Assembly: GCA_964585665.1 (NCBI GenBank)
Contig: CAZPEY010000003.1
Coordinates: 1,203 to 56,255 of the forward strand
Reading direction: 5' to 3'
DNA from: an uncultured Polyangiaceae bacterium
GTDB lineage: Bacteria; Myxococcota_A; Polyangia; Palsa-1104
Length of the DNA: 55,053 bases
The notes below the pieces were generated by a model, which saw only the letters and a program-made list of their open reading frames with translations, was not told where the DNA came from and did no database searches. Below are positions 42,360 through 52,372 of this stretch, one piece after another. Both the position numbers and the translations under genes were made by a program. How positions within the stretch are numbered: the stretch's first letter is position 1; every line of letters starts with the position of its first letter.

Positions 42360-43863
42360 AGTCGATCGTCGTCGGCTCGCCACCGCGCAGCACGATCGCG
42401 CGCTCTTGTCGGTCGTCGAGGCGACGCACGGTGAGCTGATGACGACCGCTCGGCAGCGTCAGCTGATGCGTCCGTCCATCGGCCCCCCGGACCTTGCCGT
42501 CGACGAGCAGCTCGCACCACGGCGTGCAGCGCACCAGCACCGGCGCGGTCGCGAGACGCGACTCGGGAGCGCTCACTGCCGACGCGTGAGGAGTGGGCTT
42601 GGCCGTCGGGGAGACGGGCTGCGGCAGCGGCGTGATCGTCGGGGAGGCAGGAGGAGCCACGGGCGGCGAGCCCGTCGTGACCGCCGGACCTGCCTCGGTC
42701 GGCACCCGCTGGGACGGCTGCGGGCGCGCCGGGCGCACCGCCTGCAAGACGACGCCGAGCACCACGAGCGCCGCCGCGAAGAGGATCGTCGCCCCCCAGC
42801 GCGCTCGCCCCGCAGCCATGGTCGGCGCCGGCGCGTCGAGCACCTCCTTGACGAAGGTCTCGTCGGACTTTCGCCCGAGAAAATAGGTGGCGGTCTGTGC
42901 GTCGGGATCGGGCGCGCCGAGGGTGCTGACGTCGCTCAGCGTCGGCGCAGTGACGGCCGCCTCGAACGGCGCGACCTGCATCGACTGGATCGCCGGATCT
43001 CCGTCGGTGGGCGCTTCGACGAGCGCCGCGAGCTGTCGCGCTGCGCTGGCCACGCCCCCCTCGGCTTGCGCCACCTGCTCGAGCGCGAGCTGCAGCTCCT
43101 CGCCCGTCGCGAAGCGCCGCGCAGGATCGGCCTGCGTGAGCCGCGCCAGGATGTCGTGCAGCGGTCCGGGCACGTCGACCGGCTCGGCGGTGCGCGCCTG
43201 CTCGAGCGCTCGCTCCGGGTCGGCCGAAGGGCGCACCCGCTGCCCGAGCACCGCCTCGGCGAGCACCACGCCGAGCGAATAGAGGTCGGCGCGTCCGTCG
43301 ATGGCCTCGCCCCGAGCCGCCTCGGGCGCGATGTAGGCGAGCGTGCCGCAGATGCTCGCCGCCGCCGCATCGTCGACCGCCAGCGCAATGCCGAAGTCTG
43401 ACAGCTTCACCTCGCCGTCGACCGAGAGCAGGATGTTGCGCGGCGCCACGTCGCGATGGACGAGGCGCTTGCGGTGCACGTAGCCGAGGCCGCGCGCCAC
43501 CTCGATGCCGATGTACGCGACCAGGTTGAGCGGCAGCGGGTGCGATTTGCTCCGCAGCCTGTCGAGGAGGGAGTATAGATCCTGGCCAACGACGAGCTCC
43601 ATCGCGATGAAGTGCGAGTTGCCGACTCGCCCAAAATCGAAGACGGGTACCAGGTTGCCGTGCGACAGGGCCGCGTGCGTCCGCGCCTCCTCGAAGAACA
43701 GCGACAGCAGGCGCCGATCGCGCACCAGCTCGGGCAGCAGCCGCTTGATGACGAGGCGCTTCTCGAACCCCTCGGGGCCGACGTAGCGCGCCAAGAAGAC
43801 CTCCGCCATCCCTCCGCGACCGAGGGGACGCATCAGGTCGTAGCGGCCGAAGCGCTGCGTCAC
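42346..43863 (-). CDS. Ser/Thr protein kinase with a transmembrane segment and a C-terminal PEGA-like domain
   Basis: GTG start. LGRGGMAEVFLA, VIKRL, HRDVAPRNILL, DFGIA and GTLAYIAPE. The C-terminus is LVRCTPWCELLVDGKVRGADGRTHQLTLPSGRHQLTV. Its 3' end overlaps the convergent monoheme gene by 14 nt. Confidence 0.9.
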   Translation of the reverse strand: MTQRFGRYDLMRPLGRGGMAEVFLARYVGPEGFEKRLVIKRLLPELVRDRRLLSLFFEEARTHAALSHGNLVPVFDFGRVGNSHFIAMELVVGQDLYSLLDRLRSKSHPLPLNLVAYIGIEVARGLGYVHRKRLVHRDVAPRNILLSVDGEVKLSDFGIALAVDDAAAASICGTLAYIAPEAARGEAIDGRADLYSLGVVLAEAVLGQRVRPSADPERALEQARTAEPVDVPGPLHDILARLTQADPARRFATGEELQLALEQVAQAEGGVASAARQLAALVEAPTDGDPAIQSMQVAPFEAAVTAPTLSDVSTLGAPDPDAQTATYFLGRKSDETFVKEVLDAPAPTMAAGRARWGATILFAAALVVLGVVLQAVRPARPQPSQRVPTEAGPAVTTGSPPVAPPASPTITPLPQPVSPTAKPTPHASAVSAPESRLATAPVLVRCTPWCELLVDGKVRGADGRTHQLTLPSGRHQLTVRRLDDRQERAIVLRGGEPTTIDFTFE

Positions 43864-43896
43864 GCGCGAAGTCTAGTCGAGGCCGCGCTCAAAGTC

Positions 43897-45057
43897 CTGC
43901 GCCCGTCGACGATCCCGTCGCCGCTTCGGCGCCGGTGGTTCGGTATCGGGCTGCTGTGCCTCGTCGCGGCGGTCGGCGCGACGGCCGAGGCCGAACCGGC
44001 AGAGCCGCTGTCGTTGCTCGGCTTCTACTGGCAACCGAGCGAGACGCCTCCGTCGCTGGCGCAGGTGCAGGCCGCGTTCCGCAGCGAGCTCGGAGCGCGG
44101 GCCGGCCGGATGCTGCCCGCCATCGCCACCAGCAGCGAGGCCCCGCAGCTCGGCCCCGCGCTCGCCGCGGGCATAGCGAGCTTCCGCGCGTTCCGCTTCA
44201 CCGAGGCGGTGCGCCAGCTCGGCGAGCTCGAGCGTGCCGTCGAAGCCACCGGCGGCGGCGGCCTCGATCCGAAGCAGCTCTCCGATCTGTATCTCTACCG
44301 CGGCCTGTGCCGCCTGGAGAGCAACGACAGCGAAGGAGCGTGGGCCGACCTCGTGCGCTCGGCGCGCCTCGACCCATCGCGCACCCTCGATCCAGCGCAG
44401 ATCCCGCCGCGCGCGCTGCAGACCTTTCGTCGCGCCGCAGCCGAGGTCGCGCAGCAGCCACGCGGCGAGGTCGCACTGCGCGTTCCCGAGGGCGCCACGG
44501 TGCTCATCGATGGCCGCACGCACCGCGGCACCGCGACGCTCGGCCTCGGCCGGCACCTCGTGCGGGTCGAAGCGCCCGGCTACGAGCCCTTCATCGGCGC
44601 GCTCACCGTCGAGAGCGACCACGAGACGTTCGAGCCGAGCCTGCAGGCCAAGGCGCCCCCCCAGCTCGATGCCCTCGTCGAGCGACTCCACGCGGAAGGC
44701 AACCACCGCGACACGCTGCTGTTCGCCGCGCTCCGTCGGAGCGGCCCGGCGTGGCGGCTGGCCGTCCGGGTCGTCGAGCTCAGCACGGGTGCGGTGCGCG
44801 GCGAGGAGCTCTCCGTCGAAGGCAAGGACGTCGGTGCGACCCTGCACGAGCTCGTGCCGCGGCTCCTCGAACCGAATCGGCTGACCGCCCCGGTGGTGAT
44901 CCAACCGCCGCCCCCCAAGAAGCGATCCCTGGCCTGGCTCTGGGGACTGGGCGCGGGGGTCGCCGCCGCGATCACGGTCGCCGTGCCGCTCGGCGTCGTC
45001 TACGGTCGCGCGTCGCGGAGCGGCGTGGTCGGCGGCTCGCTGGAGCGACTGCCGTGA
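43897..45057 (+). CDS. PEGA domain protein with an N-terminal signal/anchor; no canonical start codon is available
   Basis: The block VALRVPEGATVLIDGRTHRGTATLGLGRHLVRVEAPGYEP contains the literal PEGA motif. The hydrophobic segment WFGIGLLCLVAAVGATAEA begins at codon 43936. The only in-frame candidates upstream of it are CTG 43897 and ATC 43912, so the start coordinate is provisional. Confidence 0.6.
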   Translation: MRPSTIPSPLRRRWFGIGLLCLVAAVGATAEAEPAEPLSLLGFYWQPSETPPSLAQVQAAFRSELGARAGRMLPAIATSSEAPQLGPALAAGIASFRAFRFTEAVRQLGELERAVEATGGGGLDPKQLSDLYLYRGLCRLESNDSEGAWADLVRSARLDPSRTLDPAQIPPRALQTFRRAAAEVAQQPRGEVALRVPEGATVLIDGRTHRGTATLGLGRHLVRVEAPGYEPFIGALTVESDHETFEPSLQAKAPPQLDALVERLHAEGNHRDTLLFAALRRSGPAWRLAVRVVELSTGAVRGEELSVEGKDVGATLHELVPRLLEPNRLTAPVVIQPPPPKKRSLAWLWGLGAGVAAAITVAVPLGVVYGRASRSGVVGGSLERLP

Positions 45058-46454
45058 GACGAACGGCGCGGTGCCTGCTCGGCCTCGCGGTCGCGCTCGG
45101 CGCGGTCGGCTGCCGCGAGATCGATCCCGAGCTCAAGCTCCGCATCAGCCTGCCTGCCGATCGCGAGCTGCTGCGCGCCGTCGTGCGCCTCGATCTCCAC
45201 GCCGAGCGCGACGGCCGCGTCATCGCGCAGCACACTTTCCCGGGCGACGCGACCTATGTCTCTCTGTCCGGCGTCAGCCATGGCCCGAAGACCATCTTCG
45301 AGCTCGACGGCATCACCGCGCAAGGCGACGTCGCCGGTCGCGGTCGCTCATGTCCGACCAACTATACGGGGCCGGGGCCTGAGGTGCCGCTCTACTTTGC
45401 GCCGCTCAACTTCTTCAACCCGACCGCGCCACCCGCTGCCTCGCGCACGCAGGCCTCGGTGCTGCAGCTCGACTCCGGCGAGATCTTGCTCTTCGGCGGC
45501 AGCGTCGAGGGCATCCCGCAGGCGAGCGCTGAGCGGTTCACCGCCGGGCTCAACCAGTTCACCGCCGCGCCGACGAGCGCGCTCGGCAACGCCCGGGCGC
45601 GCGCCGTGGTCTCCCCGATCCCGAACATCGGCACGCTGGTCAGCGGCGGCATCGGCGTCGATGGCAACGCCATCGGCAACGCCGAGGTGTGGCGTCCGAC
45701 CATCGGCGCGTTCGTGCCCCTGCTCAACCCTCGCCTCGTGCCACGCGTCGATCACATCGCGGTGACGCTCGCCGATGGGCGCGTCTTCATCGCCGGGGGG
45801 CGCGCCAGCAACACGGGATCGGCGCTCGCCTCGACGGCGATCGTCCGCGTCCTCAACGACGGCACGGCGGTGGTCAACGACGGTCCGACCCTCGGCGTCG
45901 GCCGCCACAGCTTCGCCGCCGTCGTCGCGCCTGGCTCGGTCGTTTTGTTCGGTGGCTACGGCGACGGAGTGGGTGGGCTGCAGCCGCTCGACTCGATCGA
46001 GATCATCGATCTGCACGCTGGCGTCACCACCACTCCGACGGTCAAGCTCATCCCCGAGCACCTCAACGCGCCGCGCGCCGAGGCCACCGCGACGCTGCTC
46101 GAGGACGGCACCATCCTGCTGGTCGGCGGCAAGGACGCAGCCTCGACGCACGACGACGCCGAGCTGTGGAACCCGGTGACGCGGCAGAGCGAGTCGCTCG
46201 CGCTGGCCACGGCGCGCAGCGGCCACCAAGCGACGCTGCTCGATGGCGGCCGCGTCCTGATCACAGGCGGCGTCGACAGCACCGGTACGCCGCTGCACTC
46301 GGTCGAGCTCTATATCCCCGGCGTCGGCTTCGTCTCCGAGCGACCGCTCGCCAACGCGCGCGCTGGCCACGTCACGACGACGCTCTGCGACGGCACCGTG
46401 CTGGTCGTCGGCGGCGGCAGCGGCGCCGAGGTCTACACACCGCCCTCCGGGTAG
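45054..46454 (+). CDS. Kelch-repeat lipoprotein
   Basis: The GTG start overlaps the upstream stop (GTGA). Lipobox LGAVGC. Kelch-like blades repeat (ILLFGGSVEG, RVFIAGGRAS, VVLFGGYGDG, ILLVGGKDA, VLITGGVDS, VLVVGGGSG). Confidence 0.8.
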   Translation: MRRTARCLLGLAVALGAVGCREIDPELKLRISLPADRELLRAVVRLDLHAERDGRVIAQHTFPGDATYVSLSGVSHGPKTIFELDGITAQGDVAGRGRSCPTNYTGPGPEVPLYFAPLNFFNPTAPPAASRTQASVLQLDSGEILLFGGSVEGIPQASAERFTAGLNQFTAAPTSALGNARARAVVSPIPNIGTLVSGGIGVDGNAIGNAEVWRPTIGAFVPLLNPRLVPRVDHIAVTLADGRVFIAGGRASNTGSALASTAIVRVLNDGTAVVNDGPTLGVGRHSFAAVVAPGSVVLFGGYGDGVGGLQPLDSIEIIDLHAGVTTTPTVKLIPEHLNAPRAEATATLLEDGTILLVGGKDAASTHDDAELWNPVTRQSESLALATARSGHQATLLDGGRVLITGGVDSTGTPLHSVELYIPGVGFVSERPLANARAGHVTTTLCDGTVLVVGGGSGAEVYTPPSG

Positions 46455-46463
46455 CAGCCCAGC

Positions 46464-48137
<1,674 letters not shown>

Positions 48138-48149
48138 GGCACGCGCCAG

Positions 48150-48181
48150 TGTACAATCCTTGCGCAGCGTCGGTGCTGCAA
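48150..48181 (+). promoter_or_regulatory. Copy 2 of the TGTAC-N5-TTGCGCAG element, with an imperfect hairpin partner
   Basis: tgtac (48150-48154), aatcc, ttgcgcag (48160-48167), cgtcggtg, ctgcaaa. It lies 13 nt upstream of the EBP start on the opposite strand and about 30-60 bp upstream of the sigma-54 promoter at 48208. Confidence 0.5.
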
Positions 48182-48207
48182 ACGTCTCATTTCGAACCCC
48201 TACCCGA

Positions 48208-48223
48208 TGGCACCAGGCTTGCT
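48208..48223 (+). promoter_or_regulatory. Sigma-54 (-24/-12) promoter, perfect core match, divergent from the EBP gene
   Basis: TGGCAC (48208-48213), caggc, TTGCT (48219-48223). The predicted +1 is about 48234. Confidence 0.7.
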
Positions 48224-48256
48224 GTGAAAACGCCCGTGCGGTCCTCCCTGGCGACG

Positions 48257-48844
48257 ATGATGGCTCTCGGCGTAGCCGCACTCGGCGGCTGCGGCGGCTC
48301 GGCCATCACCCAGCCACCCGCCCCGGGCGTGCTGACGGTCGCGTGGTCGCCAAGCACCACCTCGACGCTGGGGCCGATCGCCGGCCGGATCCTCTTCGAG
48401 GAGGTCTTCGTCCTCGGCGACACGGCGATCGATCAGCGCGCGATGATGCGCGACATCCCGGTGCCCTTCGAGTCGCCGAGCGAGCTCCCGTTCACCGACC
48501 TGCCGCAGGGCATCTACAGCCGGTATCGCTCCGAGGTTCGCGGCGTCACCCTCGACGGACAGTACGGCGGTACGCCGCTCCACATCGACGTCCTGCTCGA
48601 TCACCTGTTCATCGATCTGCGCGGCGACGGCGTCGAGATCTCCCTGGGTCACTCGGGGCGGTTCCTGGTCGGTTTCGATCCGGCGAGCTGGTTTGCCGCC
48701 GGTGAGCTCGATGCGGCGGAGCAGACCGAGGGAGAGATCCTCCTCGATCCGACGCACAACGTCGATCTGCTGCTCCGCGTCCTCAATCGGATGCCGGACA
48801 ACTTCAGCTTCGCGACGCAGGCGACCGTAGCCACCACTCCCTGA
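48257..48844 (+). CDS. Hypothetical lipoprotein (sigma-54-dependent candidate)
   Basis: MMALGVAALGGCGG carries a lipobox. I chose the ATG at 48257 because the alternative GTG at 48224 lies inside the -12 region of the predicted promoter, upstream of the predicted transcription start. Confidence 0.62.
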   Translation: MMALGVAALGGCGGSAITQPPAPGVLTVAWSPSTTSTLGPIAGRILFEEVFVLGDTAIDQRAMMRDIPVPFESPSELPFTDLPQGIYSRYRSEVRGVTLDGQYGGTPLHIDVLLDHLFIDLRGDGVEISLGHSGRFLVGFDPASWFAAGELDAAEQTEGEILLDPTHNVDLLLRVLNRMPDNFSFATQATVATTP

Positions 48845-48871
48845 GGTCCGGAGCCCCATGGCCACCGGGGG

Positions 48872-48908
48872 TGTACGAAAGTTGCGCAGTCGCCCCGCGC
48901 CTGCGCAG
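48872..48908 (+). promoter_or_regulatory. Copy 3 of the TGTAC-N5-TTGCGCAG element with a CTGCGCAG hairpin partner
   Basis: tgtac (48872-48876), gaaag, ttgcgcag (48882-48889), an 11-nt loop, ctgcgcag (48901-48908). It sits in the convergent gap between the lipoprotein gene and the small Cys-containing protein gene. Confidence 0.5.
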
Positions 48909-48939
48909 GCCAGCCCGCGACACCATCGGCTCAGTCGGC

Positions 48940-49380
48940 TCAGTTCGTCAGCGGGGCCGTGTAGGCGAGACGAAAGCTCCGCATGGTGCCGTCCGGCATC
49001 CGCACCTCGGCGAGGCACTCATAGGAGCTCGGCGCCTCGTGCATCTCGACGGCGACCCGCACCAGCAAGCCGCCGCTGCCCAGCGTGGCGAGCTCGCCCT
49101 GCCACTCGAACGGTCCGAAGTCGACCGGACACGGGTCGGCGCGCACGTACGGATCATCGTCGCAGGTGATGTAGTTGATGTGGAAGAGCCGCAGGTGGCC
49201 GCAGGGCTCTGTGGGCACCAACCAGAGCGTCTCGTAGCCGAGACCGAGCTCGAGGCGCAGGTCGATCACCTCTCCGGCCTGGTTGGCCTCGAGGGCGAAG
49301 TGGTCGACGTCATACTTGCCCGCGACGGTGCACTTGCGAGGAGGCGTGAGCCGGATGCACTGGATCTGGTCGCTCGTCAT
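48940..49380 (-). CDS. Small (146 aa) Cys-containing hypothetical protein, translationally coupled to the upstream methyltransferase
   Basis: The ATG at 49380 overlaps the methyltransferase stop (ATGA on the minus strand). Composition is normal (MTSDQIQCIRLTPPRKCTVAGKYDVDHF...). The longer ORF 48940..50310 is an Arg-rich out-of-frame extension across the methyltransferase. Confidence 0.58.
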   Translation of the reverse strand: MTSDQIQCIRLTPPRKCTVAGKYDVDHFALEANQAGEVIDLRLELGLGYETLWLVPTEPCGHLRLFHINYITCDDDPYVRADPCPVDFGPFEWQGELATLGSGGLLVRVAVEMHEAPSSYECLAEVRMPDGTMRSFRLAYTAPLTN

Positions 49381-50384
49381 GCGAGAGGCTTGCGGGCCAT
49401 GACGGGTGCCATGACGCCGGGGAAGGGCAGCGCTCGCACCTCGACGAAGCCCGCGCGCTCGAAGTCGCGGATCAGCACGTCGGCGACGCGGCGCCCACCG
49501 CCCCACAGCCCCGTCTTGAAGCGAGAGAGCGCCGCGATCGAGTCGTCCCCTTCGCGACACGTCGCCACGGTGAACACCGCCGCACCGGGCTCGAGCGCCC
49601 GCAGGATGCGTGGGAGCGCGCGCTGCCACGCGTCCTCGGGAAAGAACATCTGCGCCACGTAGACGAGGGCGTACGCGTCGACCTCGTCCAGATCGTCTGC
49701 GACGCCCGCGCGCAGCTCGATCCGCTCGCCGAGGCCGCTGGCCGCGATGCGCTGTCGACCGATCGCCAGCGCCACCGGGGACGGCTCGATGCCGACGGCC
49801 CGCCAGGCAGGGCACTGGCGCGCGAACGCGACCAGCGCGCCAGCACCGCCCGCACCGAGGTCGAGCATCGCGCCTGGGCGCGTCAGCCGCTCGGTGAGCC
49901 CGGGCACCATCGAGAACAGCATCGGGTTGATCATCAGCGTGAGCGCCTCCGAGAGGCGCGCCTGCGCGTCCACGACGCCAGGCTCCTTGGCGCTCCATCC
50001 CTGCAGCGCCTCGCCACGGTCGGCGAGCCGGCTCCACAGCTCCGCGTGCTGCCCGAGCGAGCTGGCCAGATCCGCGAACTGCATCGCCTCGGTCGGCCCG
50101 AGCAGCGCCCGCCCCTCGGCCGTCAGCGCCCACCCGATCTCTCGCCGCTGCACCGCGCCAACCGACGCCAGATAGTCGAGGAGCCCGCGCAGCACGTCGG
50201 GCCCGAGGCCGCTCCTCTCTCGCAGGGCCTCTTCGTCGAGCGCGGTCGCGCTGGCCAGCGCGTGCAGCACGCCTCGCTCGTAGGCGGTGCGCATCGCCGA
50301 GAGAAACCACAGCCCGGCGTACCCCTCGTTGAATCGCTCCCCAAGACTCGCGCTCATTCCGTAGGCCTCCTCGACAGGGACCAT
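49377..50384 (-). CDS. Class I SAM-dependent methyltransferase with an N-terminal winged-helix/dimerisation-like domain (O-methyltransferase family 2-like)
   Basis: SAM-binding motif I, MLDLGAGGAG. The post-I acidic residue is in GIEPS. The N-terminal LLDYLASVGAVQR segment is typical of the dimerisation domain. Confidence 0.82.
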   Translation of the reverse strand: MVPVEEAYGMSASLGERFNEGYAGLWFLSAMRTAYERGVLHALASATALDEEALRERSGLGPDVLRGLLDYLASVGAVQRREIGWALTAEGRALLGPTEAMQFADLASSLGQHAELWSRLADRGEALQGWSAKEPGVVDAQARLSEALTLMINPMLFSMVPGLTERLTRPGAMLDLGAGGAGALVAFARQCPAWRAVGIEPSPVALAIGRQRIAASGLGERIELRAGVADDLDEVDAYALVYVAQMFFPEDAWQRALPRILRALEPGAAVFTVATCREGDDSIAALSRFKTGLWGGGRRVADVLIRDFERAGFVEVRALPFPGVMAPVMARKPLA

Positions 50385-50450
50385 AGCACCACCCCCCGCG
50401 TCAGGGGCAGCCGCGTACGGCGGTAGGACAGCACGGTCGGTCCTAGCGAA

Positions 50451-50462
50451 GTCAGATCTGAC
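50451..50462. promoter_or_regulatory. Perfect 12-bp palindrome GTCAGATCTGAC in the divergent intergenic region
   Basis: Self-complementary (read directly). It lies between the methyltransferase start (50384, minus strand) and the TPR gene start (50597, plus strand). Confidence 0.3.
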
Positions 50463-50596
50463 ACCCCCCCTTTCAGGCCGTCACGGCCCACTCAGCCGAA
50501 GCCGGTTTCTCGACGGTGATGGTCGCTCGGACAACCTCCGGCACGGGGCGTGCTCAAGCGAGTCTCCACAGACATCTCGACCTACGGAGGACTCGC

Positions 50597-52363
50597 ATGG
50601 CGACCGCAGCGCAGCTACTCGAACAGGCCACTGGCAATCTTGCCGCACAGCGTTGGGACGACGCGATTGATCAGGCGTTGCTCGCGGCGCAGCGGGACGC
50701 CTCCGCGCAGGTCACCGCACAGATGAGCGCGATCTGCGGCACGGCGATGCAGCGCAAGGGGCTGCACCGGGAAGCGATCGACTACTTCACCCAAGCGATC
50801 GTCGTGCAGCCTGACCATGGCGCGGCGTTCGTCGGTCGTGGACGCAGTCGGGTCGCGATCGGCGCGCTGACACTCGGCCACGCGGACTTCGCGCAGGCTC
50901 TGGCGATCAACCCCGAGGACCGCAGCGCCGCGCTCGAGCGGGGCCGCGCGGCACGGGACGCGGGTGATGCAGGAGCGGCTCGTGCCGACTTCGAGCGCGC
51001 GCTCCTCGGAGAGGAGACGCGCGGCCCGGCGCTCTACGAGCTGGCGCTGCCGGTGATCACCACCGACCCGAAGCAGGCGCGCTTCTGGCTCGAAGAGGCA
51101 GCCGACCTCGGTGTCGGGGAGGCGGCCGCGCTCCTCAAGGAGCACTTCGCGCTGCGCACCGGCAAGCAGCACCTCCACTACGCGCGCCTGCTGCACCGTC
51201 GCGACGACCGCGGCGGAGCGCGCGTCGCCTACGATCAGGCGATCCGCGTCCTCAAGACGCAGGAGGAGCGGCGAACCGCGACGCTCGAAGCAGCGATCGT
51301 CGCCAGCGAGCTGCGCGATCACGAGGGCGCGATCTCCATCCTCGACGCCCTCCTGGAGGAGTGCGAGGACGCCGAGCTGCGCGCCTGGCGCGGCCGCTGC
51401 CTGTTCAACCTGTCGCGCGACGACGAAGCGCAGACCGAGCTCGAGGCGGCCACGCAGCAACAGCCGGCGCTCGGCATCGCCCACCGCTTCCTCGCCGAGC
51501 TGCACCTCGTCAGCGACCGACCCCAAGCTGCGATCGCGTCGTTCGACGCCGCCCTCGCCGCCGATCCGCGCGACGGGCGGAGCTACTACTTCCGCGCGGT
51601 CGCCCATGGAAAGATGGACGACGAGGCGCGCCGCAAGGCGGACCTGCTCGCCGCCGAGCGGTTCGGCTATGCCAAGGCCAAGAGCGACCGCCGGGCCGAC
51701 TTCGGTCTCGAGACCGGTGACGACTGGTACGACGCTGGCCTCGACGCGCTCGATCAGGGCGACTCGATGCAGGCCGTCGATTGCTTCACCCGCGCCATCG
51801 CCGCCTTCACCAAGGAGTCGCACGCGCCGAACGACCGCGCCGACCGCTTCCGCATCCGCAGCCATTCGAACCGCGGCATCTGCGAGTCGATGCTCAACCA
51901 GCTCGAAGAGGCGCGCGACGATCTCGACGTCGCCGTCGCTGCGCAGCCCTACTTCGTCGACGCCTGGAGCAACCTCGGCAACGTCCTCGGCAAGCTCGGT
52001 GAGCACGCCGAGGCGATCGCCGCCCACGACAAGGTGATCGCGCTCGCGCCCCAGAACCCGGCGGGCTTCTACGGCCGCGGGCGCGCCCACCTGGCGCGGC
52101 GCGACTTCGAGGCGGCGGAGCGCGACTTCGACCTGGCGATCACGCTCGGCTATCGCAACCCACGTCAGCAGGCCGACGCGCACTACAACCGCGCCCAGGC
52201 ACTGCGTCCCCTCGGTCGGTACGCCGAGGCGCGGCGCGAGCTCGTCACGGCTCGCGACCTCGCGTACCCCGATCTCGATCGCGACATCGTCCTGCTCGAC
52301 CTCGAGGCGCGCCACGGCGTGACCGTGTCGAGCGTCGATTCCTCATCGAAAGAGCGCTCGTAG
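50597..52363 (+). CDS. TPR repeat protein
   Basis: GGAGG (50587-50591) precedes the ATG at 50597. There are many TPR-like repeats (AIDYFTQAIVVQPDHGAAFVGRGRS, AIAAHDKVIALAPQNPAGFYGRGRA, among others). No signal peptide is evident. Confidence 0.85.
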   Translation: MATAAQLLEQATGNLAAQRWDDAIDQALLAAQRDASAQVTAQMSAICGTAMQRKGLHREAIDYFTQAIVVQPDHGAAFVGRGRSRVAIGALTLGHADFAQALAINPEDRSAALERGRAARDAGDAGAARADFERALLGEETRGPALYELALPVITTDPKQARFWLEEAADLGVGEAAALLKEHFALRTGKQHLHYARLLHRRDDRGGARVAYDQAIRVLKTQEERRTATLEAAIVASELRDHEGAISILDALLEECEDAELRAWRGRCLFNLSRDDEAQTELEAATQQQPALGIAHRFLAELHLVSDRPQAAIASFDAALAADPRDGRSYYFRAVAHGKMDDEARRKADLLAAERFGYAKAKSDRRADFGLETGDDWYDAGLDALDQGDSMQAVDCFTRAIAAFTKESHAPNDRADRFRIRSHSNRGICESMLNQLEEARDDLDVAVAAQPYFVDAWSNLGNVLGKLGEHAEAIAAHDKVIALAPQNPAGFYGRGRAHLARRDFEAAERDFDLAITLGYRNPRQQADAHYNRAQALRPLGRYAEARRELVTARDLAYPDLDRDIVLLDLEARHGVTVSSVDSSSKERS

Positions 52364-52372
52364 GAGGTCCCC

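Noticed and set aside
50539-50553. Sigma-54-like sequence cGGCAC-ggggc-gTGC upstream of the TPR gene
   Set aside because: The spacing is correct and GGCAC is intact, but both flanking T positions are lost. The location, 44 nt before the ATG, is plausible. I kept it only as a weak candidate mentioned in a finding.
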